Shown in pieces: positions 1-9,450 of a DNA stretch of 64,000 nucleotides (the first letter of the stretch is position 1; the number at the start of each line of letters is the position of its first letter). The position numbers and the translations under genes are program-made. The stretch lies in NCBI RefSeq assembly GCF_964204645.1, contig NC_134034.1, forward strand, positions 13,963,062-14,027,061, written 5' to 3'. The notes beneath the pieces were generated by a model. That model was not told the DNA's origin and did no database searches. It was given only the letters and a program-made list of their open reading frames with translations. This stretch comes from Tubulanus polymorphus (Eukaryota; Animalia; Nemertea).

Positions 1-160
1 TCTTTGATCACTTTTCAAACTGTTCTATTGGACAAATTTCATGCTGCAAAAAATCATTATACTATGAAAATACTAAGTAATGTATTTATAACAGTCTGAA
101 ATTGGGGCTAAATTCTATTAGAAAATCAATCATTTTCAAACTTGTGTTGAGCAGGATTAA

Positions 161-213
161 GCAGCAGCAGCAGCAGACGCAGCCGCAGCCGCAGCAGCAG
201 CAGCAGCAGCCGC
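161..213. repeat. CAG/CCG microsatellite (also ~12672, ~24569, ~48172)
   Basis: Direct reading. Confidence 0.9.
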
Positions 214-1307
214 ACTGCTTTCCTGAGAATCACACATAAAAATTCTGTACAGAATAATTAAATGTTAGAATATAATGAAATTAGAGCACAGTGGAGTGAT
301 GAAAGACTCACCATTTCTAAACTCATATCAGATTAGTTCAGTGCCATCTAGCAGGATTTCACTTCCAACAGTAATAATGTCATGAAGTTAAGAGAACTGA
401 TGATTTTCTGAGAAAATAAATTCTTAAAACGATAGCAGCAGCTTCAGCAACTAGAGCTTCTTTACTCTTTGAAGATGAATATTTTCAATTTCTCCAGTTC
501 CAATTAGTGTTGGGCGTATTGCATTCTGGAAAGAGAAAATTATGCCAGAAAATGGTTAATGAAATAGATAGAAACTGCAACTTGTTTGTGTTCAATTGAC
601 AGAAAACCTACCGGGTTAATGAGTAGTTTATCACAATGTGTCGAGTATATGCAGATTTCTGAGAGGTTTGATGGTAGCTTTAGACTGCGTCCTCAAGTAA
701 AACGTTGATACCTGCCAACATTGACCGATCAAAACATCATTTTCTGGACTTGATTTGAAGATCACCACAAATTACTGCAATAAATCGATATAAAACTCAC
801 CGCTTCTGACTCGTTTGATTTGTGGAGCGCAATGTTTACTGCAAGTTCAGCTTTATTTTAGACCCTAGAATACAACAGTTGTATAATTTTGATGATTCGA
901 ACTTTGACCAGAATAGAAGTGATTGAAAATTCGCCTTCACTGATTAATGTAGCTTCTAATCAGGAAATGAGTTTATAAATGTACAGTCAAACAGAGACTA
1001 GAATCTGTAGAGATATTTACCGGTACCGTATTGGTTTTGAGGATCTAAAGCGATGTCCATCTTAAACAAATGTGAAGTGAATTCCCAATGTTTACTGTTC
1101 ACAGATTCTATCAAGGTTCCAGTTATTTCAGCTCCTAAATATAAATTTTAGAAATTGTCAGTTAAGTTGTTATGAAATAAGAGCAGTTTCACACCAAATC
1201 AAACTAAGCCGTGATCTTTGAGTGATTGAATGCTGGAAACATAAACAGATAGAATAATTTATATAGAACAGTTCTCTAAAAATAATGAATTTCCAAACAG
1301 GTTTTAC

Positions 1308-1850
1308 CTGCTACTGCTGCTGTTGCAGCTGGTGGTGGGGCTGTTGCTGCATAGTGCTGGTACTGCGGGTACTGCCAGTGCTGCTGTTGCAGCTGGTGGT
1401 GGCGCTGTTGCTGCATAGTACTGGTACTGCGGGTACTGCCAGTGCTGCTGTTGCAGCTGCTGGTGGCGCTGTTGCTGCATAGTGCTGGTACTGCGGGTAC
1501 TGCCAGTGCTGCTGTTGCAGCTGGTGGTGGCGCCGTTGCTGCATGGTGCTGGTACTGCGGGTACTGCCAGTGCTGCTGTTGCAGCTGCTGGTGGCGCTGT
1601 TGCTGCATGGTGCTGGTACTGCAGGTACTGCCAGTGCTGCTGTTGCAGCTGGTGGTGGCGCCGTTGCTGCATGGTGCTGGTACTGCGGTTACTGCCAGTG
1701 CTGCTGTTGCAGCTGCTGGTGGCGCTGTTGCTGCATGGTGCTGGTACTGCAGGTACTGCCAGTGCTGCTGTTGCAGCTGCTGGTGGCGCTGTTGCTGCAT
1801 GGTGCTGGTACTGCAGGTACTGCCAGTGCTGCTGTTGCTGCTGCTGCGGT
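1308..1850. repeat. 64-bp GC-rich minisatellite (~8.5 units; ~7.5 at 13808-14285, ~6.5 at 25712-26112, ~2.5 at 49318-49468)
   Basis: Unit GCTGCTGTTGCAGCTGCTGGTGGCGCTGTTGCTGCATGGTGCTGGTACTGCGGGTACTGCCAGT; it explains the Q/A/C-rich ORFs in the track. Confidence 0.95.
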
Positions 1851-2107
1851 GTGTATCTCATCCTGTAACTGAGAGTAAAACTGTAATTTTTAGTTCAAAA
1901 ATAATTAAAAATATCAACAGAGACTGTTTAAGAATTCTGTGGAGAAATTCATTACCAGTTTTGTACTTACCTTAAATGAGCCTGTTTAAATAGTAAATTC
2001 TATTGCATTCATTTCATTCTGAAAAGAAAAAGAAACAATAATCAGTGACAATAGAGCAGAATGTAACATCTCAAAGTTATCAATCAATCAGACAGAAACA
2101 GTACAGG

Positions 2108-2305
2108 ATTTCTGTGGATTAAACTGCTGTACTTATTTCATACTGATTGTACAGTTACAGATACATGTAACATTGTGTACAGATACAGAGTACAGATCAC
2201 TGCATTACTTCATCCTGTGAATGAACAGTGATTTAATGTTCTTTCATCTTCATTAGATTCCCATCAGTCTAACTAAAACATCAGAACATTTTAACTCATC
2301 TAACC
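2108..2305. repeat. Left arm of ~197 bp inverted repeat (partner 6258-6454)
   Basis: Near-identical reverse complement of 6258-6454. Other pairs: 14545-14742/18366-18562, 26369-26566/30172-30369, 49724-49921/53675-53871. Confidence 0.95.
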
Positions 2306-2875
2306 TCCCGACCCGACCCTCCCAGACCCCATCCCTCCCACTCTCCCACACCCCTTCCCTCCCGCCCTCCCAAACCCCTTCCCTCCCCGACCCCTTCCCT
2401 CCCACCGTCCGATACCCCTTCCCTCCAGCGCCCCTTCCCTCCCTCCCTTCCTCCCTCCCTCCCTCCCTCAATGCCCTCCCACCTGGCCCTCCCTCAATGC
2501 CCTCCCACCTGGCCCTCCCTCAATGCCCTCCCACCTAGCCCTCCCTCAATGCCCTCCCACCTGGCCCACCCTCAATGCCCTCCCACCTAGCCCTCCCTCA
2601 ATGCCCTCCCACCTGGCCCTCCCTCAATGCCCTCCCACCTAGCCCTCCCTCAATGCCCTCCCACCTGGCCCACCCTCAATGCCCTCCCACCTGGCCCACC
2701 CTCAATGCCCTCCCACCTAGCCCTCCCTCAATGCCCTCCCACCTAGCCCTCCCTCAATGCCCTCCCATCATAGCCCTACCTCAATGCCCTCCCACCTAGC
2801 CCTCCCTCAATGCCCTCCCACCTAGCCCTCCCTCAATGCCCTCCCATCATAGCCCTACCTCAATGCCTCCTCAAC
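2306..2875. repeat. C-rich tract plus 26-bp minisatellite CAATGCCCTCCCACCTGGCCCTCCCT
   Basis: Direct reading; copy number differs among the A copies. Confidence 0.92.
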
Positions 2876-4179
2876 TCTGTTGTCTCCTCTTCACACACCA
2901 CTCATCTGTACAATAACTACAAAACGATTTGCCATTTTTCACGATCATATCAATTTCATATATAAATCAAAATCCTTAATCAATTGCATCATTGATGGGA
3001 CTCACAGATACTGTCTCTACACATTTTGGAGGCATTCAGATGACCTCAAATGATCATATGCCTGGGTTGGTCTTGAAAATCACATGGCTTCATTTTTACA
3101 GATGATTTCTTTATCAATTTCATCAAATTATTCCTATTATTTCTACTCCCTCTAATAAGTATTCACAATATATCTCAGTTTCACGACAAGTTGCAGCAGT
3201 CGTCTGTAAACAGATTTCATTTCATCAAATGATGCGAGTTTGAGTTGTAGAGGTTTCATCTACAAAACATCAAACCAAACCTGAGGAACTTAATGTTGTA
3301 AGGGAGGGGGAGGTATACGGAGGGTTCACCCGAACCAAGGATATAAGCCCGAACCAAACCTCCACACTCACAAAACAATTAATGCTATTTATGTTGCTTC
3401 ACCAATTCAACATGACGTCACTAAATGAAACCATTGTGGACTATTTCAATACTCTCTACTAGAGGTTTCATATAAGCAAGTAGTTTATGGAATCCTATTC
3501 ATAAAAGTTATTAATCAATGTTTTTAAACTGCTGATGCAAAATATATACATCATAAATAATCTGTTTGATTGTCTTTTCAAGTTAACACTTAAACCCAGT
3601 GGAACAAATCAAACTCCAGCCATTTTTCCTTCATTTGCCATTTTTCGTTTTTACTCTTTTCTCTGACTTTTAGCACTTGAGTCGAGGTAGGAATAGACCC
3701 CAGCCCGCTCGCTAAGTGTGCAGGACACTAAACCTTGGAATTGCTCTCGACCCTTCTCTTTATATTTTATCTTTTTTGAGTCGAGGTAGGAATAGACCCC
3801 TGCCCGCTCACTAAGCGTGCAGGACACTAAACCTTCGAATTGCTCTCGGACCCCACTCTTTATATCAGCATTTCATGCTGTTTTATTTTATTCACGCATT
3901 CGCTTTACATTTTTTTCATATGGCTTTTCCTTATTTGTCGTCTCACTAAAATTCTCATCAGTTCCGACTGGGATCAAGTTTAATCTTTTAGAGACAAACA
4001 GCAAAAGGTTGTGTTAGTTGCACCAGCAGCAGCAGCAGCAGCTGCAGCAGCACCAGCAGCAACACTGATACAGATGAATCTTTCATTAACTACGTCATTT
4101 GTTCCATTCTCAAATATTGAGTCATGAAGGCAACAGAAATAACTTTAAAAAACGTTAAATCTTTCATTCATGGTCTTTG

Positions 4180-4470
4180 TTTAGTGACCTAAGCGTCAAA
4201 GTTTGGTTCATAGCCCAGGTTTGGTGACCAGAGTCAAAGTTTGGTTCATGGCTCAGGTTTAGTGACCAAAGAGTCAAAGTTTGGTTCATAGCCCAGGTTT
4301 GGTGACCAAAGAGTCAAAGTTTGGTTCATGGCTCAGGTTTAGTGACCAAAGAGTCAAAGTTTGGTTCATAGCTCAGGTTTAGTGACCAAAGAGTCAAAGT
4401 TTGGTTCATAGCCCTGTTTTGGTGACCAAAGAGTCAAAGTTTGGTCTATGGTTCTGATTTGGTGACCACG
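4180..4470. repeat. 40-bp minisatellite GTGACCAAAGAGTCAAAGTTTGGTTCATAGCCCAGGTTTG
   Basis: Period 40 (e.g. 4262 and 4302); variable copy number at ~16370, ~28050 and ~51900. Confidence 0.93.
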
Positions 4471-5123
4471 GAGGGTAAATATAGCTCATGGCCCTCGTTA
4501 AAGGTAAGTCAGTTTTATGGCTCTGGTTTGATTAGCAAATAACATGAGAAATTGTGCGTTGCATATGTTGAATAGGGGAATTGGACTAAACACTCATCAC
4601 TAGAATAAAGTGAAGAATTATGTTTACACTGAATGGGCTCAAAATCTTGGACTAATTGATAAAGTCCGAAATAATTCTGACTAATTGAGTCTACCGGAAA
4701 ATGATGCATTGATCGAAGTCTAAAAGCTATAAACTGACAAATTGATCGAGCACTGATAATATTTTAAATAACAGCGGAGGATGAAATAACTTTCATAAAC
4801 TGATATAATCGTGAAAAATGGCAAAATACACTAGATACACCTCCCCCACGCTTTATCAGAGTCTCATTGTAGTAGGAAGATTGCCGTAGCCTAACTGTAA
4901 AAACTACAACTACATCTGGTTGAATATCATTTGTTTTTATGGCTTTTAAATTCAGTAAAATATTTCCTGATAGAAGTATAATTAGTTCGCAGCCCCTTAA
5001 ATTCTGTCTAGAATAGAATTATAAGTCACAGGTAGAAATAGAATATTATCCTATTCTAAAAATGAATATAATAATAGAACAATAGTCTCTCCGTGTCAAT
5101 CTTTGCCCCACCTAAAAATTGTA

Positions 5124-5895
5124 CAGTTTATTTCAGAAAATGTGTCCCATCTTTTTGAAAAGGATAAGTAATTATTAAGGATATCTATGAATAGTGATAT
5201 ACTGTGCCATGAAGGCAAATGAAGAAGTGTGTCCATAAAAGTGATTACAAAACATATCACTTATTCTAATGAGTTCTATACTCTTCTTCCAAAAATGAAG
5301 AGTAGGTCTCTGTCTAAGAATCTGCAGAAAAAAGAGGAAGCAGCGATGAATGTGAACTGCATCTCGACTCTCGTCAATAATTTTCTAAGTCGTCCTATAC
5401 AGTTCTCAGTATTTACAGCCGTTTTTAAAATAGCACAGAAGAAAATACATCTTTCAGCTGGAAATGTATCAGTAAACCGCCAGATATCAACAGTAATTAT
5501 TACGTATGATTGTTGTTTCATTCAATTATTAATGAAGCCGTGTTTTGATCGGAGCCAAGGAGCAGTTTGTGATCATTCAAAAAATATCTCTCATTCCTGA
5601 CAACATTAAATAATGGCCCTAATAATTGAAACGTCCCAATTCAAAAATCTGGGGGCAATTATCTCATAACGATTGAGAGAAGTGACGGTGAAATTACGTG
5701 CGCACTCACCGGGGATCAAACCATGGTCTCATAGAAATAACAACTAGTAAAATAGAACGAGTCCAATTGGCCGATGGTTATACAGCTTGTCATGCATAAC
5801 AACTGAAACATGACATGTTGCAGTCACGTGTTTCATAATGATTAATCCTTTCTTAGAATAATAAAAAGATAGGACACATTTTCTGAAATATCCTA
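5124..5895. mobile_element. Tc1/mariner-like non-autonomous DNA element (MITE)
   Basis: TIRs TA-CAGTTTATTTCAGAAAATGTGTCCCATCTTTTT and AAAAAGAT(A/G)GGACACATTTTCTGAAATATCCT(G). The superfamily is inferred from the TA|CAG terminus. Confidence 0.65.
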
Positions 5896-5924
5896 AACTT
5901 CAAGACTAAAACTACGACTAAACC

Positions 5925-6257
5925 ACCTGTACCTGTACCTAAACCCTAAAGCCCCACCCTATATCCCTCCCTCCAAAGTCCTACCACCACCCCTACATCC
6001 CTCCCATCCTCCCGGACCCCATCCCTTCCACCCTCCCGGACCCCTTCCCTCCCACCCTCCCGGACCCCTTCCCTCCCGCCCTCCCGGACCCCTTCCCTCC
6101 TGCCCTCCCTCACCCCATCCCTCCCACCCAGACCCCTTCCCTCCCACCCAGACCCCTTCCCTCCCACCGTCCCCCACCCCAACCCTCCCTCCCTCTACCC
6201 CTTCCCTCCCTCTACCCCTTCCCTCCCCCAACCCTACCCACCCTCCCCAAACCCCGT
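5925..6257. repeat. C-rich ~24-bp repeat tract (G-quadruplex-type on the minus strand)
   Basis: CCCTCCCGGACCCCTTCCCTCCCA-type units. Confidence 0.9.
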
Positions 6258-6454
6258 GGTTAGGTGAGTTGAATGTTCTGATGTTTTAGTTAGACGGATG
6301 GGAATCTAATGAAGATGAAAGAACATTAAATCACTGTTCAATCACAGGATGAAGTAATGCAGTGATCTGTACTCTGTATCTGTACACAATGTTACATGTA
6401 TCTGTAACTGTTCAATCAGTATGAAATAAGTACAGCAGTTTAATCTGCAGAAAT
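6258..6454. repeat. Right arm of ~197 bp inverted repeat
   Basis: Reverse complement of 2108-2305. Confidence 0.95.
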
Positions 6455-6859
6455 TCTAACTCTTAAGATACACATGATCTGATTATCACGAAGAAACATG
6501 ATTGATAACAGTTGTATTATTGACACCAGGAACCAGTTTCATATTGATTAGAAATAACATTTGAGTTGATCACAATTTAGAAAACCTGTAAACCCGCTTA
6601 CTGAAATAACAATCCCAACCATGAACTGATTATAGCCAAATATTCACCAAAAGAAATTTGAAATGATTGAATAACTGTGACAGGTTTCTGAGACAGTGAC
6701 AGGTTTCAGGAAGTACTGAGACAGTGACAGGAAACTGTGACAGGTTTCATTTCAAAACATGGTTTATAACAAACAATATAAAATTGGTCCCTTAAAATCA
6801 ATTCAACAACCGATAAATAAAGATTAATGTAACTTATCTTGAATTTCCACATAGGCTAT

Positions 6860-7085
6860 AGTGATTCCTGATGTCATGCTGAATCCAAGAGTGATTCCCG
6901 ATGTTCTGTGCTAAATCAAAAAAGTCTGGTAGTAAAACACTGATTCCTTGTTGTCCTGTGCTGAATCCAAGAATGATTCCCGATGTCCGGCGCGAAACCA
7001 AAAAAGTCTGATTGTGAAACACTGATTCCTTGTTGTCCTGTGCTGAATCTAAGAGTGATTCCTGTTTTCCTGTGCTGAATCAAAA
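6860..7085. repeat. Degenerate ~32-bp repeat GTGATTCCTTGTTGTCCTGTGCTGAATCCAAGA
   Basis: Direct reading; copy number varies between A copies. Confidence 0.8.
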
Positions 7086-7395
7086 TTCCCGTTGAACATG
7101 TTGAAGTGATACCTATAATAGACAAATCTAAGATTGTTTTCTTTCCTTAGAAATAACTGCAGAAATATCAAATCTAAAATTCAAACTTACAAATTAGATT
7201 GTTCGCTCAAATCTGCAGTTCATTTATTCACGGGGTTTTTCTATCCACAGTTTAGGTTTTGCATCTAGAGTTGAACATGAAATATAAACAAGAAAGTAAT
7301 GAAAAAACGAACAGTTTAAATATTATCTGTTTCTGAAACCGATGATGATCATCATCATCAATATCACAGACGAATGGAGGCAAGTAGAGGCATCA

Positions 7396-7478
7396 ATCCT
7401 CCTGCGGCAGGGACTCGAACCTGATGGCATCCAGAATGCCACGGTACGAAACCCTGCCACACTAGACCGAGTGCGCAG
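7396..7478 (-). ncRNA. tRNA-like / SINE-head-like sequence, minus-strand member of a divergent pair (also 19372-19454, 31264-31346, 54638-54720)
   Basis: A-box-like GGTCTAGTGTGG and B box GGTTCGAGTCC; homologous in inverted orientation to 7646-7736. Confidence 0.55.
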
Positions 7479-7645
7479 CAGCTACACGCGCAGCTTAGAT
7501 GATGTCATTAATAGCCAATCAGAAATTCAGTTTTATTTGAGCCCGGGTTTTCCCATTTATAGTTCTTCCATGAAATTTACCTCAGCGATTAACGAGCAAT
7601 CTGTTTGGTGCCGCAAGATTTCGCGCGGTAAAGCTGCGCATGTAC

Positions 7646-7736
7646 CTGCGCACCCGGTCTAGTGTGGCAGGGGTTCGTGCCGTGGCTGAGTGTAGCAAGC
7701 GATGTCATCAGGTTCAAATCCCTCCCATGGGAGGAT
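7646..7736 (+). ncRNA. tRNA-like / SINE-head-like sequence, plus-strand member (also 19622-19712, 31514-31604, ~54888-54973)
   Basis: CGGTCTAGTGTGGCAGGGGTTCGTGCCGTGGC...CATCAGGTTCAAATCCC. Confidence 0.55.
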
Positions 7737-8544
7737 GTTGGTGTCCCACATGTTTGACTGCGATTAATAGGCCTATAGGTTAAGCGACAGATGAAATAAA
7801 CTTACACTGTTTTCACTGTTTGATGTAATCAGTCGATGGAATCATGATGGAAATATCAGGATAGAATGACGTTATGCTTGACTGAGCGCCACCATGACCA
7901 TGGCATATGTCAATGTGCACTGTTTGTAGGATGTGACTGAAATAATATGATTTCCCGCAATATCTGAGATGGAATATTTTTCGCCATTTAAACCAATGTT
8001 ACAAACACTTACCAAATATTGAAATACTGATTTCAGGGGTCGGGAAGGAGGGTGGCAATGTTTGTATTAGGAGAGGTTTTTGCTTAATTTCGTGTTATGG
8101 TAAAGCACGCCATTTTGATATTGCGTCATAGTGTACCTCAGATTGGGATTCCCGCCGGTAGACTGGTCACCGCCACCTGCATTCGCAGGTAGAAATGGCA
8201 ACCAGTCTATTGCAGGTCTCGGCTTCTTTTCGATTAGATTAGGTTTTATATTCTACGCAATATTCAAAGAATTTATTCTAATGAAAACCACGCTCTTTAC
8301 CAATCTAATCATTCGTTTCGAGGTTTCCGTAATTACTACTTTAGTTCACAGAAATTCCGCTATCGTTATTCATAGGGGCAGCACTGAACGGTTGTAATTT
8401 GATGCAGTCTTGCTATTTTACTGCGGCATGTGAGGAATACAGATTTTTGTTAAGTCAAATTTCATTCATCACTCAACACTAGTTTGTTAGAAATTAATAA
8501 CTGTACCAACATAAGAGCTTTATATAAGGAGAGTAAATTAATGG

Positions 8545-8718
8545 TATGATAGAATCTCCCTAATTCCGATCATTGGGACCAACAAAATTCATCCGTTTTA
8601 CGGCAAATCCGGATTAAAAGTCATTTTCGTGTATATTAATGATAAAATTGACTGTATATATTATCCGGATTAGACCAAAATTCGGTCGATGCGGATTAAA
8701 CGATTTAGTTTGACTGTA
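8545..8718. mobile_element. Degenerate pogo/Tigger-like MITE
   Basis: Ends in CGGATTAAACGATTTAGTTTGACTGTA with internal repeated CGGATTA; the left end is degenerate. Confidence 0.45.
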
Positions 8719-8793
8719 TTAGCCAATAGAATCAGTCTTCGCCCATCGAACTGGCCCCAGGGCACTAAAATTACCAAGAAACAAACACTGACG

Positions 8794-9304
8794 AGTGTTG
8801 GCCTGCTAAATAAACGCAGAAACCCTAGTGTTGGCCTATTTAATCAACGTAGAAACCCTAGTGTTGGCCTGTTTAATAAACGTAGAAACCCTAGTGTTGG
8901 CCTGGGTGAATAAACGCAGAAACCCTAGTGTTGGCCTGTTTAATAAACGTAGAAACCCTAGTGTTGGCCTGTTTAATAAACGCAGAAACCCTAGTGTTGG
9001 CCTGTTTAATAAACGTAGAAACCCTAGTGTTGGCCTGTTTAATAAACGCAGAAACCCTAGTGTTGGCCTGCTTAAATAAACGTAGAAACCCTAGTGTTGG
9101 CCTGTTTAATAAACGTAGAAACCCTAGTGTTGGCCTGTTTAATAAACGCAGAAACCCTAGTGTTGGCCTGTTTAATAAACGCAGAAACCCTAGTGTTGGC
9201 CTGTTTAATAAACGCAGAAACCCTAGTGTTGGCCTGCTTAAATAAACGTAGAAACCCTAGCGTAGGCCTGGTGAATAAACGCAGAAACCCTAGTGTTGGC
9301 CTGT
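8794..9304. repeat. 33-bp VNTR GTGTTGGCCTGTTTAATAAACGCAGAAACCCTA (~15 units; ~12 at 20818-21228; ~1.3 in copies 3-5)
   Basis: Direct reading; head-to-tail with no spacers. Confidence 0.95.
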
Positions 9305-9350
9305 TACCACACTGACCAACCATATTCACAAACCAGGACAGATATCAGAA

Positions 9351-9450
9351 CTCAGCGGTCTAGTGGTTAGCGTGCTCGGCTGGTATGCTGGAGGTCGCAG
9401 GTTCGAGTCGCGCTAGGGTTAGGGTTACGATCGATCTAGGGTTAGGGTTA
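9351..9450 (+). mobile_element. tRNA-derived (SINE-like) head fused to TTAGGG motifs (also 21274-21373, 37214-37314, 44782-44881, 56226-56324)
   Basis: GGTCTAGTGGTTAG (A box) and GGTTCGAGTC (B box), followed by two TAGGGTTAGGGTTA blocks. Confidence 0.65.

Larger units (their letters stand above)
1..8120 (-). ncRNA. Putative lncRNA gene, copy whose 3' end runs off the window start
   Basis: Same splice-signal chain as the complete copies. Confidence 0.5.

Noticed and set aside
294-411. Box C/D snoRNA candidates (here and at ~4509-4600 on the minus strand)
   Set aside because: TGATGA/CTGA pairs lack terminal stems and a recognisable rRNA guide; such pairs are expected by chance in AT-rich DNA.
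1276-1975. Q/H/A/C-rich protein genes from the ORF track
   Set aside because: They are products of a 64-bp (3n+1) minisatellite, open on both strands, and the frames and stops differ between copies.
5229-5600. 123-aa ORF repeated in several copies
   Set aside because: GTG start, frameshifted in copy 2, lies inside a MITE, and has no recognisable transposase or other motif; its persistence is explained by recent duplication.
7342-7662. 106-aa ORF
   Set aside because: It overlaps the tRNA-like inverted pair, is disrupted in copy 5, and has no recognisable domain.
8794-9304. CRISPR array (33-bp repeats)
   Set aside because: The repeats are head-to-tail with no unique spacers, there are no cas genes, and the context is eukaryotic.
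9351-9415. Functional tRNA gene
   Set aside because: The acceptor stem is not formed (the 3' side is replaced by TTAGGG) and the anticodon arm varies among copies.
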